From Vibrio mexicanus (GTDB lineage Bacteria; Pseudomonadota; Gammaproteobacteria; Enterobacterales; Vibrionaceae), in assembly GCF_001012815.1 (NCBI RefSeq), contig NZ_JYJP01000101.1:8870-40869 (forward strand): a stretch of DNA of 32,000 nt. The letters are read 5' to 3'. A program made the position numbers and the translations under genes. Position 1 is the first letter of the stretch; every line of letters begins with the position of its first letter. A model generated the notes under the pieces. It saw nothing but the letters and a program-made list of their open reading frames with translations, searched no databases and had not been told where the DNA came from. Of this stretch, positions 1 through 9,408 are shown piece after piece.

Positions 1-502
1 AACGGCATAGCAGCGCTTGAGCGAGGTTAAGGCGCATACGCCAACCACCTGAGAATTGAGTCAGGTTCCAGCTCATCTGCTCTTGGCTAAAGCCCAAGCC
101 ATCAAGTAGCTCAGCCGCACGGGCGCGAATCGTGTATCCGCCAATGGTTTCAATTTTGCCATGTATCTCAGCCACCAAAGTGCCATTATCTGCCTGTTCT
201 GCTTTAGCAAGTTGCTCCTCTAAGCCGCGAAACTCTCTGTCACCATCGATCACATAATCCAATGCCGCTCTGTCTAAAGCTGGCGTCTCCTGCGCTACCC
301 ATGCGAGTTCCCAATGGCTCGGCTGACTGAATGAGCCAGCATCAATGGACAGTTCGTCTTTTAGCAGCGCAAATAGAGTGGATTTACCACAGCCATTTTT
401 GCCGACCAAACCGACTTTGTCGCCTGGATGAATGGTGGCTGATGCTTGCTCTAGCAGAGGCTTTCCACCACGAAGGAGTTGGATATCAGAGAAGGTGATC
501 AT
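1..502 (-). CDS. yheS: ABC-F family ATPase, YheS-like. Only the N-terminal ~167 codons are present; the gene continues beyond the window start.
   Basis: Absent from the ORF track because it runs off the window edge. Reverse-strand translation from the ATG at 502-500 gives MITFSDIQLLRGGKPLLEQASATIHPGDKVGLVGKNGCGKSTLFALLKDE...FSGGWRMRLNLAQALLCR. This contains a Walker A motif and an ABC signature and is collinear with E. coli YheS as recalled. It has the same kefG neighbour as in E. coli. Confidence 0.85.
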   Translation of the reverse strand, partial: MITFSDIQLLRGGKPLLEQASATIHPGDKVGLVGKNGCGKSTLFALLKDELSIDAGSFSQPSHWELAWVAQETPALDRAALDYVIDGDREFRGLEEQLAKAEQADNGTLVAEIHGKIETIGGYTIRARAAELLDGLGFSQEQMSWNLTQFSGGWRMRLNLAQALLCR

Positions 503-608
503 AATGCTTTCGTTTGTATGCGTGACTTGTGACGAAGGGAATAGTAGGGGGATTAAGGATAAATGTCGATCATTATAGAAATTGGGGTATGATGCTAAAA
601 ACAATAAC

Positions 609-629
609 AATTTGATAACGCATCAAATT
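609..629. promoter_or_regulatory. Perfect 8-bp inverted repeat AATTTGAT-N5-ATCAAATT in the yheS/kefG divergent promoter region; candidate operator.
   Basis: Read directly: 609-616 aatttgat, 617-621 aacgc, 622-629 atcaaatt. It lies 46 bp upstream of the kefG start. No known regulator is assigned. Confidence 0.3.
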
Positions 630-674
630 TGTATCATAAGAACGACTTGTCGCTGCTAGGACTATAATTACGGA

Positions 675-1316
675 ATGATTGATACAGCTGCATCAGAAAC
701 GACTTTGCCCAAGATCTTAGTGATCTATGCTCATCCTGAGTCGAGAACCTCTATTGCTAACCAAGTGATGATCAAGAAGATCGAATCGCTCTCCCATGTG
801 ACTGTCCATGATCTCTATGCCGTCTACCCAGACTTCTTTATTGATGTGAATGCCGAGCATCGACGTTTGCTTGAACATGACATCATCATCTTTCAACACC
901 CTCTCTATATGTATTCATGCCCAGCTTTACTCAAAGAGTGGTTTGATCGAGTGGTTAACAAAAGCTTTGCTTTTGGCGAAAAGAGCCGATTGGAAGGGAA
1001 GGTGTGGCGCAGTGTGATTACCACGGGAGGTAATCAAGATGCGTTTGGTGCCTCGGGTTACAACAAATACCCACTTGAGCAGATTCTTCAGCCGTTTGAG
1101 CTTACCGCAGCACTGTGCAAGATGCAGTGGGTAGAGCCGCTCGTTCTGTATTGGTCGCGCAATGTCAGCGATATGGACAGATATCAACACGCTGAGCAAT
1201 ACCGCCAGTGGCTGTTAACACCCTATGTTGCCAATACGCCTCATCCTGATGCCATTGTTGCCGACAGTAGTGGGCAGTCTGTGACTTCCGAACAAGGAGG
1301 TCAAGATGGCGCTTGA
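675..1316 (+). CDS. kefG: Glutathione-regulated K+ efflux system ancillary protein KefG (flavodoxin-like quinone oxidoreductase fold).
   Basis: 213-aa ORF. KILVIYAHPESRTSIANQ...FQHPLYMYSCPALLKEWFDRV...WRSVITTG matches E. coli KefG motifs. The stop overlaps the kefB start by 11 nt. The exact start is uncertain because the SD is weak. The C-terminus is ~30 aa longer than E. coli KefG. Confidence 0.9.
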   Translation: MIDTAASETTLPKILVIYAHPESRTSIANQVMIKKIESLSHVTVHDLYAVYPDFFIDVNAEHRRLLEHDIIIFQHPLYMYSCPALLKEWFDRVVNKSFAFGEKSRLEGKVWRSVITTGGNQDAFGASGYNKYPLEQILQPFELTAALCKMQWVEPLVLYWSRNVSDMDRYQHAEQYRQWLLTPYVANTPHPDAIVADSSGQSVTSEQGGQDGA

Positions 1317-3099
1317 GAGTGATTTTCTACAAAGCAGTGTTATTTTCTTAACCGCAGCCGTTGTTGCTGTACCGCTTGCTCAGCGCTTGGGGCTAGGCTC
1401 TGTATTAGGGTATTTGATTGCAGGTGTTGCGATAGGGCCATGGGGGCTTGGCCTGATCAGTGATGTTGAAGCGATTTTGCATTTTGCTGAGTTTGGGGTC
1501 GTATTGCTGCTGTTTTTGATTGGCTTAGAACTGAACCCCAAAAAACTATGGCAAATGCGAGGGCCGATTTTAGGGCTTGGTGGCGCTCAAGTTCTGTTAA
1601 CCACGCTGGTATTGGCTGCGATAGCGATGCTACTGGGAACCAGTTGGCAAACCAGTATCGTGATCGGTATGGGTCTAGCACTCTCATCCACAGCCATTGC
1701 ACTCAGAGTGATAGAGGAGCAGGGGCTTGCAGGAGGTGAAACCGGTCAGTCTGGGTTTGCGGTGCTGCTGTTTCAAGATATCGCGGTTATCCCTATGCTG
1801 GCTATGTTGCCAATACTGGCTGGTAATACAGCGGGTAACTGGTTAGATGCCGCATGGATGCTATTGGGCATTACAGGACTAGCTGTTGGCGGTCACTTCT
1901 TGTTGCGCCCTCTGTTTCGTTATGTCGTGATGAGTGGAGTACGTGAGTTATTTACCGTTACTGCGCTGCTTGTCGTCGTTGGTATTGCCTTTCTCATGAA
2001 AGAGCTTGGTCTTTCTATGGCACTCGGCACCTTCCTAGCAGGTGTACTGCTTGCCGAGAGTGAATATCGTCATGAACTAGAAATCGCCATTGAACCTTTC
2101 AAAGGGCTATTGCTTGGGCTTTTCTTTATCGCAGTCGGCATGGCGGTCAACTTAGGTTTGTTGGCGTACTCCCCGTTAGAGGTGATTACTGCCGTAGTTG
2201 CCTTAGTGGTGATTAAAGGTTGGATCCTTTATTTGTTGGCACGCTTTTCTGGTGCTCGTGCGAAATCTCGCAGCAAAATGGCCGCGATTTTGAGCCAAGG
2301 TGGTGAGTTTGCGTTTGTTATTTTTACCGCCGCGAGTGCTCAGGGTTTACTGACTGCAGAAGAGTCTGGCTTTTTGCTCGTGGTAGTGAGTTTATCTATG
2401 GTGACGACTCCGCTGCTCTTGATGGCGCAGACACGCTGGTTTGCAAAAAAACTCAATAGTGATGAACCAGTTCTCTCACCAGACGTAGTAAACAAGGAAC
2501 CGCGTATTATCATCGCGGGGTTTGGGCGCTTTGGGCAAATTGTCGGACGTTTGATGTACGCTAATAAGATCAAAGTGACGGTCTTAGAGAGCGATGCCAG
2601 CCAAATAAACTTGCTAAGAAAGTTTGGCTACAAGGTGTTTTATGGTGATGCGACTCAGCTTGATCTATTACGAGCGGCTGGAGCGGAAACCGCTGAAGCT
2701 ATTGTGTTGTGTACCGACTCTCCTGAAGAGATCGTCAAAACCGTCGACTTGTGTAAGCAACATTTCCCATCGCTGCGTATTTTGGCGAGGGCACGTAGCC
2801 GGGTAGAAGCGTATCAATTAATGAATCATGGTGTAGCAAACTACTCACGTGAGACCTTTTTGGGCGCTTTGGATTTGGGCCGGCAGGCTTTGGTTGAGTT
2901 GGGAATGCATCCTTATCAAGCAAAACGTGCCGAAGCGCATTTTAAGAAGCTCGATGACGCCATGCTCAAAGAGTTAATGCCGCAACACAGCGATGACAAG
3001 CAGTTGGCATTGCGAGCGAAAGAAGCGCGTAAAGAGTTGGAAGAAATTTTTGGCCGCGAGATGGATAACGATCGCCAGTCAAAAAATTACTGGGAGTAG
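1306..3099 (+). CDS. kefB: Glutathione-regulated potassium/proton antiporter KefB (CPA2 family with a C-terminal KTN/RCK domain).
   Basis: 597 aa (E. coli KefB is 601 aa). Strong AGGAGG SD upstream of the ATG at 1306. LLFQDIAVIP, LGTFLAGVLLAESEYRHELE and IIAGFGRFGQIVGR (Rossmann GxGxxG) are collinear with E. coli KefB. Confidence 0.95.
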   Translation: MALESDFLQSSVIFLTAAVVAVPLAQRLGLGSVLGYLIAGVAIGPWGLGLISDVEAILHFAEFGVVLLLFLIGLELNPKKLWQMRGPILGLGGAQVLLTTLVLAAIAMLLGTSWQTSIVIGMGLALSSTAIALRVIEEQGLAGGETGQSGFAVLLFQDIAVIPMLAMLPILAGNTAGNWLDAAWMLLGITGLAVGGHFLLRPLFRYVVMSGVRELFTVTALLVVVGIAFLMKELGLSMALGTFLAGVLLAESEYRHELEIAIEPFKGLLLGLFFIAVGMAVNLGLLAYSPLEVITAVVALVVIKGWILYLLARFSGARAKSRSKMAAILSQGGEFAFVIFTAASAQGLLTAEESGFLLVVVSLSMVTTPLLLMAQTRWFAKKLNSDEPVLSPDVVNKEPRIIIAGFGRFGQIVGRLMYANKIKVTVLESDASQINLLRKFGYKVFYGDATQLDLLRAAGAETAEAIVLCTDSPEEIVKTVDLCKQHFPSLRILARARSRVEAYQLMNHGVANYSRETFLGALDLGRQALVELGMHPYQAKRAEAHFKKLDDAMLKELMPQHSDDKQLALRAKEARKELEEIFGREMDNDRQSKNYWE

Positions 3100-3142
3100 T
3101 CGCTTAGTGAAAGAGCTACTAGGCGGACAGTAGGAGTGATAA

Positions 3143-3319
3143 GTGAAGATTAAGAAACGTTTTATAGCAGGCGCAAGCTGCCCTAAGTGCAACCAGCAAG
3201 ATTCCCTTCGCTGGTGGGTTGAGAATTCAATTGAGATTGTTGAGTGTGTGGATTGTGGCCATACAGAGCAAAGGCAGCCACAATCTGTAGATAAAAGTGA
3301 ACACTCTGGCAAGAAATGA
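3143..3319 (+). CDS. yheV: Small zinc-ribbon protein YheV (58 aa); not listed in the ORF track because it is under 60 aa.
   Basis: A GTG at 3143 is preceded by TAGGAG (3131-3136). Translation is (M)KIKKRFIAGASCPKCNQQDSLRWWVENSIEIVECVDCGHTEQRQPQSVDKSEHSGKK, with CPxC...CxxCGH cysteine pairs resembling E. coli YheV (…RFIAGAKCPAC…VECVKCGH…). It sits between kefB and slyD as in E. coli. The antisense 108-aa ORF at 3079-3405 is the spurious alternative. Confidence 0.8.
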   Translation: MKIKKRFIAGASCPKCNQQDSLRWWVENSIEIVECVDCGHTEQRQPQSVDKSEHSGKK

Positions 3320-3442
3320 TTGGTATTTTTAAGCCTGATTGATTGAGTTTCATTATTTGATCCCCATAATATCGGGAATTGAGCTTGTCTTGTTACTGTG
3401 AACAAGCGAGCAATAGTCTTACTAAACCGCCTTGGAGCTGTT

Positions 3443-4012
3443 ATGAAAATTGAAAAAAACGTTGTTGCTAGCCTAGCTTATCAAGTAATAACTGAAGATG
3501 GCGTTGTGGTTGACCAATCAACAACGGATGCACCGCTTGACTACCTTCACGGTCACAACAACCTGATCACGGGTCTAGAAAAAGAACTTGAAGGCAAAGT
3601 AGCAGGTGATAAGTTCACTGTAACTGTGGCTCCTGAAGATGCATACGGCGAGCACAACGATGCGCTAGTTCAGCGTGTTCCTGCGAACGTATTCCAAGGC
3701 GTTGAAACGATCGAAGTTGGCATGCGTTTCATGGCTGACACAGACCAAGGCCCAATCCCGGTTGAAGTAACAGAAGTAGACGGTGACGACGTAGTCGTTG
3801 ACGGTAACCACATGCTTGCTGGCCAAACACTGACGTTCGAAGTAGAAGTTGTTGCAACTCGTGAAGCAACAGCTGATGAAATCGAGCACGGTCACATCCA
3901 CCAAGGTGGCGGCTGCTGTGGCGGCGGTGACAAAGAAGAAGGTTGCTGCGGTGGTGAAGAGAAAGCGGATGACCACGAATGTTGTGGTGGCGGCGGTTGC
4001 GGCTCTCACTAA
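3443..4012 (+). CDS. slyD: FKBP-type peptidyl-prolyl cis-trans isomerase / metallochaperone SlyD with a Cys/Gly-rich metal-binding tail.
   Basis: MKIEKNVVASLAYQV...LDYLHGHNNLITGLEKELEGK... matches SlyD. The ATG at 3443 follows GGAG; the ORF-track start at 3398 adds 15 unconserved residues. The tail is GGGCCGGGDKEEGCCGGEEKADDHECCGGGGCGSH. Confidence 0.93.
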   Translation: MKIEKNVVASLAYQVITEDGVVVDQSTTDAPLDYLHGHNNLITGLEKELEGKVAGDKFTVTVAPEDAYGEHNDALVQRVPANVFQGVETIEVGMRFMADTDQGPIPVEVTEVDGDDVVVDGNHMLAGQTLTFEVEVVATREATADEIEHGHIHQGGGCCGGGDKEEGCCGGEEKADDHECCGGGGCGSH

Positions 4013-4055
4013 TTTCAGTTAGCTCTCACGAGCACGATTGAATAATCCCATTTGA

Positions 4056-4089
4056 AAGCGTAAGTTGAGGATTCAACTTACGCTTTTTT
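4056..4089 (+). terminator. Rho-independent terminator downstream of slyD.
   Basis: Perfect 13-bp stem aagcgtaagttga (4056-4068) / tcaacttacgctt (4073-4085), 4-nt loop, then a T-run to 4089. Confidence 0.85.
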
Positions 4090-4141
4090 ATTATCTGCCT
4101 TCTTGTTTATTTAAGTGAAGTCGCCTCACCTAGGAGTTTCT

Positions 4142-5104
4142 ATGAGCCAACCTTTCTCAATCGCCATCCACGGCGGCGCTGGTACTATCTTACGTTCGCA
4201 AATGGACGACACGTTGAGACAAGAAATTCTGGACGCTTTAGAGAAATCGGTCCGAGCAGGACATCAAGTCCTGTCCAAAGGTGGGGATGCGCTGGATGCC
4301 GTAGTAGAAGCAGTCAAAGTGATGGAAGACTGTCCACACTTTAATGCCGGTAGAGGTTCAGTGTTAACTCATAGAGAGATCGTTGAAATGGATGCGTCTG
4401 TGATGCATGGCAAGCAGTGTGATGCCGGGGCGATTGCGGGAGTCAGGCATATCAAAAACCCCATTGCATTAGCGAGAGATGTAATGACCAAGAGCGATCA
4501 CGTTTTATTGATTGGGGAAGGGGCTGAAGAGTTTGCCTTTGAAAACGGTCACGCATACACAGAGCAAGACTACTTCGTGACAGATAGACGTTATGACCAG
4601 CTTCAATCAATGAAAGATAAAGGCTTGTTTGCGTTGTCGGAAGCAAGCTACGAGGAAGAGTCTCCTCAATATCCAGATGATAAGAAGTTTGGCACTGTGG
4701 GGGCGGTGGCGTTAGATCAGCAAGGTAACCTAGCGGCGGCGACGAGCACAGGTGGTATCACCAACAAGAAGTACGGTCGTGTCGGAGATTCTGCGTTGAT
4801 TGGCTGCGGCACCTACGCCGAAAATGGCAATGTTGCAGTGTCGGCCACCGGGATGGGGGAGTACTTTATTCGTAAAACCGTGGCGGGCGATGTGGCGGCT
4901 CGAATGCGCTATTTAGGCGAGAGCGTTTCGCAAGCAAGTGAGCAGGTAATACAAGGCGATCTTAAAGCGATGGGAGGCGAGGGAGGCTTGATCGCGATGG
5001 ATCAAAATGGTGCTGTGCATTTTGCCATGAATAGTTCAGGAATGTATCGAGCTTGTATCGATCCTGATGGGATCATGTCGATCAAAATCTACGTAGATGA
5101 CTAA
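4142..5104 (+). CDS. iaaA: Isoaspartyl peptidase / L-asparaginase (Ntn-hydrolase, IaaA-like).
   Basis: MSQPFSIAIHGGAGT...HFNAGRGSV...GTVGAVALDQQGNLAAATSTGG (autoprocessing Thr motif) is collinear with E. coli IaaA. The ATG at 4142 follows TAGGAG (4131-4136); the track start at 4115 is probably an N-terminal over-extension. Confidence 0.88.
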   Translation: MSQPFSIAIHGGAGTILRSQMDDTLRQEILDALEKSVRAGHQVLSKGGDALDAVVEAVKVMEDCPHFNAGRGSVLTHREIVEMDASVMHGKQCDAGAIAGVRHIKNPIALARDVMTKSDHVLLIGEGAEEFAFENGHAYTEQDYFVTDRRYDQLQSMKDKGLFALSEASYEEESPQYPDDKKFGTVGAVALDQQGNLAAATSTGGITNKKYGRVGDSALIGCGTYAENGNVAVSATGMGEYFIRKTVAGDVAARMRYLGESVSQASEQVIQGDLKAMGGEGGLIAMDQNGAVHFAMNSSGMYRACIDPDGIMSIKIYVDD

Positions 5105-5220
5105 ATCTCGAATTAAATGCTGCTATTTCACGACTCATCAATGAGTTAATACTTGATTGCATTATTATGATTAAAAAATGACTGCACGAAATGTGATTCA
5201 GTGCTAGAATCCATTTTTAA

Positions 5221-6557
<1,337 letters not shown>

Positions 6558-6592
6558 TTGCTATTTACTTAGCAAGAGTGTATTGAACATAG

Positions 6593-6621
6593 AAAAAGCC
6601 GACCTTAGGGTCGGCTTTTTT
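6593..6621 (+). terminator. Rho-independent terminator downstream of purA.
   Basis: aaaaagccgacc (6593-6604) / ggtcggcttttt (6609-6620), loop ttag, followed by a T-run. Confidence 0.85.
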
Positions 6622-6705
6622 ATTATTAAACAATGTATTAGAACTAGGTTCCGTATTAACTCATGCATCTGGATCGCCTGTTTTCTCGCCAACTTAGGGG
6701 GCTGT

Positions 6706-6761
6706 GGCAAACTATTGCCTAATTGCGGCAAATATTGCCTAAAGAGTTTTCATTTATTGCC
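6706..6761. promoter_or_regulatory. Array of phased GGCAA-N-TTGCC / TATTGCC motifs upstream of the Sel1-repeat gene; candidate transcription-factor sites.
   Basis: ggcaaactattgcctaa (6706-6722) and ggcaaatattgcctaa (6727-6742) are near-identical direct repeats, each internally palindromic. A third tattgcc lies at 6755-6761. The TATTGCC cores are spaced 20 and 22 bp apart. Confidence 0.3.
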
Positions 6762-6849
6762 GATATAAAATTCAAACCGAGCTTTCTGGCCTAAGATTAA
6801 TCTATAGGTAAAAGAGAGTGAGCGATCGGAATAGATACAGAGTGCGTTT

Positions 6850-7485
6850 ATGAAGCTACGAATGGTAGCAGCTTCGTTAGTCGTTGCCCTGAGCTCGTCT
6901 TTGAGTCACGCAAATGTGGCAGATATTGGTGAGCCAGTGCCGATATACACTGAAGCTGAACTGATAAAACTGATTGAACAGAATAAACATCTCGAACGAG
7001 TCAAGGCAGACAAGTGTCAGCTCGTTGAGGATATTGTCGCGCGTGCAACTCGCATTAGCCTGCCATCTTATGAGTTTCTTTACGGAGACATGCTGGCGTG
7101 GGGCGTTTGCGTAGACCAAGATGTCGAACTTGGCCTCTATTACATGGAGAACGCGGCGCATCAAGGCTTGCCAACGGCCCTGGAACAGTTAGGGCGTTAC
7201 TACTCGCGTGGAACCTTTGTTCAAGAAGACAAAGAAAGGGCGATCCCATATTTACGGGAAGCGGCAGCAATGGGTAACATAAACGCACGTATCCATTTGG
7301 CCGAACTCTTACTGCGCGATTATGGCAGCCCACTGGATTATGAAGATGCTTATCGCTGGCTCTACAATTCAGTCACCGCAGATCAACGCACTCATAAACG
7401 CATTTCGATACTCAGGCAGGGCTTGGAAATGCGAATGCCAGAAAATGTTATTGCAAGAGCTAAGCGACGCGACACTTTCTGGTAA
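6850..7485 (+). CDS. Secreted Sel1-repeat (TPR-like) protein of unknown function.
   Basis: N-terminal signal peptide MKLRMVAASLVVALSSSLSHA|NV. Sel1-like repeats are visible, for example GLYYMENAAHQGLPTALEQLGRYYSRG and AIPYLREAAAMGNINARIHLAELLL. 211 aa, followed by a terminator. Confidence 0.75.
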   Translation: MKLRMVAASLVVALSSSLSHANVADIGEPVPIYTEAELIKLIEQNKHLERVKADKCQLVEDIVARATRISLPSYEFLYGDMLAWGVCVDQDVELGLYYMENAAHQGLPTALEQLGRYYSRGTFVQEDKERAIPYLREAAAMGNINARIHLAELLLRDYGSPLDYEDAYRWLYNSVTADQRTHKRISILRQGLEMRMPENVIARAKRRDTFW

Positions 7486-7511
7486 CCAGTTCATTACTGG
7501 GCAACTAATGT

Positions 7512-7542
7512 AAAAAAACGCAGCCAATTGGCTGCGTTTTTT
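7512..7542. terminator. Bidirectional rho-independent terminator between the convergent Sel1 gene and hmp.
   Basis: A7 run (7512-7518), stem cgcagcc (7519-7525) / ggctgcg (7530-7536), then a T6 run (7537-7542). This gives a U-tract on both strands. Confidence 0.85.
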
Positions 7543-7578
7543 AATGCCCCTCAAAATTCACGAACACTACGTGTCAAC

Positions 7579-8778
7579 CTAAAGCACTTTGTGCGGGCCG
7601 AAGCACTCGTAATGGATCTGTTCTTCTGCAAAACCCAGTTCTATGAGCTGTTTTGCGGCAAGTTGCATGAAGCCTACTGGTCCACAGATATAGGCTTGAG
7701 TTAGATTTGAATCGATTTGATGAGCGATCTTGCTTAAATCAAGTAAACCACTGAACTGATAATCTTCAGCCGGTTGGTCATCATCTAATGGTGATTTATA
7801 CCAAGTATTGATACTGATGTTTGAGTTGCTTTCAGCTAATGCTTTCACATTAGATTGAAACGCATGTTGCTGACCATTGTCAGTGGCATGTATCCAATGA
7901 ATACCCGCTTCATGATGAGTGAGTGTCTCTAGCATCGAAAGTGTCGGAGTCAGTCCAACGCCTGCAGAAATCAAAGCAACAGGCGTTTTCTTATCAACGT
8001 CCATGAAAAAGTCACCCGCTGGTGGTGCTAGCTTCACTTTATCGCCAACAGTCAGTTGATTGTGTAAGTAGTTAGAGACTGTACCGCCTTCTTCGCGTTT
8101 AACCGAAATGCGATAAGTATCAGTTTTAGGCGCTGACGATAGACTGTACTGACGTATCTCTTGATTCTCGAAGCTATCGTCGTTGATGTAGATACCGATG
8201 TATTGGCCGGGTTTAAAACTCGCTACGCTTTGTGCGTCTGTTGGTTTAAACACAAAGCTAGTAATCGACGCGCTCTCTTTTGTTTTTTCAATCAGTTCAA
8301 ACTCTCTTAAACCACGCCAACCACCGTCTAGCGCCTCACTATTTTGATAAATGCTCTCTTCACGTTGAATGAAAATATTAGCTAGAAGGCCATAAGCCTC
8401 TCCCCAAGCATCGAGAACTTCTTGCCCCGGAGAAAAGAGTTCATCTATGGTCGCAAGCAGGTGCTCTCCAACAACGGCATATTGTTCCGCTGTTATTAAA
8501 AAGCTTGAGTGCTTTTGTGCAATCTTTTCTACCGCAGGAAGCAAAGCCTCTAAATTATCTATGTTTCCCGCATAAGCGCAGATTGCATTAAATAATGCTT
8601 CACGTTGAGCGCCTGAAGATTGCTGGCTTTCTCTTTGATGGCTCATGTTGAACACGTCTTTGAGCTCGGGGTGATGAGTAAACAAGCGGGTATAAAAATG
8701 CTCGGTTAGCTTAGGGCCAGTTTGCGCAAGTAAAGGCGCGGTTGCTTTCACCGTATCAATTGTTTTTGAGCTGAGCAT
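7579..8778 (-). CDS. hmp: Flavohemoprotein Hmp (nitric oxide dioxygenase): globin, FAD-binding and NAD-binding domains.
   Basis: 399 aa (E. coli Hmp is 396 aa). [48 protein letters not shown]...QREALFNAI...VEKIAQKH (globin domain), RQYSLS (FAD site) and ISAGVGLTP (NAD site). Confidence 0.95.
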   Translation of the reverse strand: MLSSKTIDTVKATAPLLAQTGPKLTEHFYTRLFTHHPELKDVFNMSHQRESQQSSGAQREALFNAICAYAGNIDNLEALLPAVEKIAQKHSSFLITAEQYAVVGEHLLATIDELFSPGQEVLDAWGEAYGLLANIFIQREESIYQNSEALDGGWRGLREFELIEKTKESASITSFVFKPTDAQSVASFKPGQYIGIYINDDSFENQEIRQYSLSSAPKTDTYRISVKREEGGTVSNYLHNQLTVGDKVKLAPPAGDFFMDVDKKTPVALISAGVGLTPTLSMLETLTHHEAGIHWIHATDNGQQHAFQSNVKALAESNSNISINTWYKSPLDDDQPAEDYQFSGLLDLSKIAHQIDSNLTQAYICGPVGFMQLAAKQLIELGFAEEQIHYECFGPHKVL

Positions 8779-8794
8779 AATTGTTTCCTATTTA

Positions 8795-8842
8795 AAGTTG
8801 TATTTATAATGCATGTTTTAAGTTGTATCTCAAATGTATCTT
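8795..8842. promoter_or_regulatory. Two tandem NsrR-type operators in the hmp/nsrR divergent intergenic region.
   Basis: Box 1 is 8795-8817, AAGTTGTATTTATAATGCATGTT. Box 2 is 8820-8842, AAGTTGTATCTCAAATGTATCTT. Each matches about 18/22 positions of the 11-1-11 inverted repeat recalled for NsrR (approximately AAGATGCATTT-n-AAATGCATCTT). They lie 17-64 bp upstream of the hmp ATG. Confidence 0.6.
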
Positions 8843-8898
8843 TAGAGCAAGAAAAGATTTAAACTTTTTACCAGTGCGTCCCTGAGAAGAATCCCGAT

Positions 8899-9324
8899 AT
8901 GCAGTTAACCAGTTTTACCGATTACGCGTTAAGAACACTTATCTTTCTCGCTTCTTTGCCAGAAGATGAGTTAACCAACATTACAGAAGTGACTGAACTG
9001 TTTGGGGTTTCCCGCAACCATATGGTTAAAGTGATCAACCGTTTGGGGCAGCTTGGTTACGTACAGACAATTCGTGGCAAGAATGGTGGGATTCGACTAC
9101 TCAAACCGGCCGCGACGATTACAGTGGGCTCAGTGGTAAGAGACATTGAGCCTCTCGACTTGGTTAACTGCTCTGTAGAGTTTTGCCACATTACGCCTGC
9201 CTGCCGTTTGAAAGACAAACTTGCCAAAGCCAAACTCGCTTTCTTGGCAGAACTTGATACTTGCACGATTCAAGAGTTGTTGGCGGATAACTCCGATTTA
9301 TTGATCCTTCTAACCCGCCCGTAA
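8899..9324 (+). CDS. nsrR: Rrf2-family [Fe-S] nitric-oxide-sensing transcriptional repressor NsrR.
   Basis: 141 aa. [18 protein letters not shown]...[31 protein letters not shown] (wHTH) plus the three-Cys cluster ligands [12 protein letters not shown]. It precedes rnr-rlmB as in E. coli. Confidence 0.93.
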   Translation: MQLTSFTDYALRTLIFLASLPEDELTNITEVTELFGVSRNHMVKVINRLGQLGYVQTIRGKNGGIRLLKPAATITVGSVVRDIEPLDLVNCSVEFCHITPACRLKDKLAKAKLAFLAELDTCTIQELLADNSDLLILLTRP

Positions 9325-9408
9325 CTGCCCAATCTAAAAGCATTTCTGTAGCTTAGCGAGAGAGTCGGATATACTAGCTATATACCCTCCTTGCAAAACA
9401 GGCTGCTT

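Noticed and set aside
663-677. A consensus TATAAT at 663-668, ending 7 nt before the kefG ATG, suggesting a leaderless kefG mRNA.
   Set aside because: There is no acceptable -35 or extended -10 (TG) at the right spacing, the region is A/T-rich, and the kefG start codon is itself uncertain. The evidence is insufficient to call a promoter.
3079-3405. 108-aa minus-strand ORF in the kefB-slyD gap.
   Set aside because: It overlaps the kefB 3' end and the slyD upstream region and has no recognisable motifs. The plus strand encodes a well-supported yheV homologue with an SD and conserved Cys pairs.
6705-6740. A sigma-54 (-24 GG / -12 GC) promoter reading of tGGCAaactatTGCc and cGGCAaatatTGCc.
   Set aside because: The GG-to-GC spacing is 11 and 10 nt, not the strict 12 nt of TGGCAC-N5-TTGCA, and no enhancer-binding protein gene is nearby. 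I kept it only as an unassigned palindromic motif.
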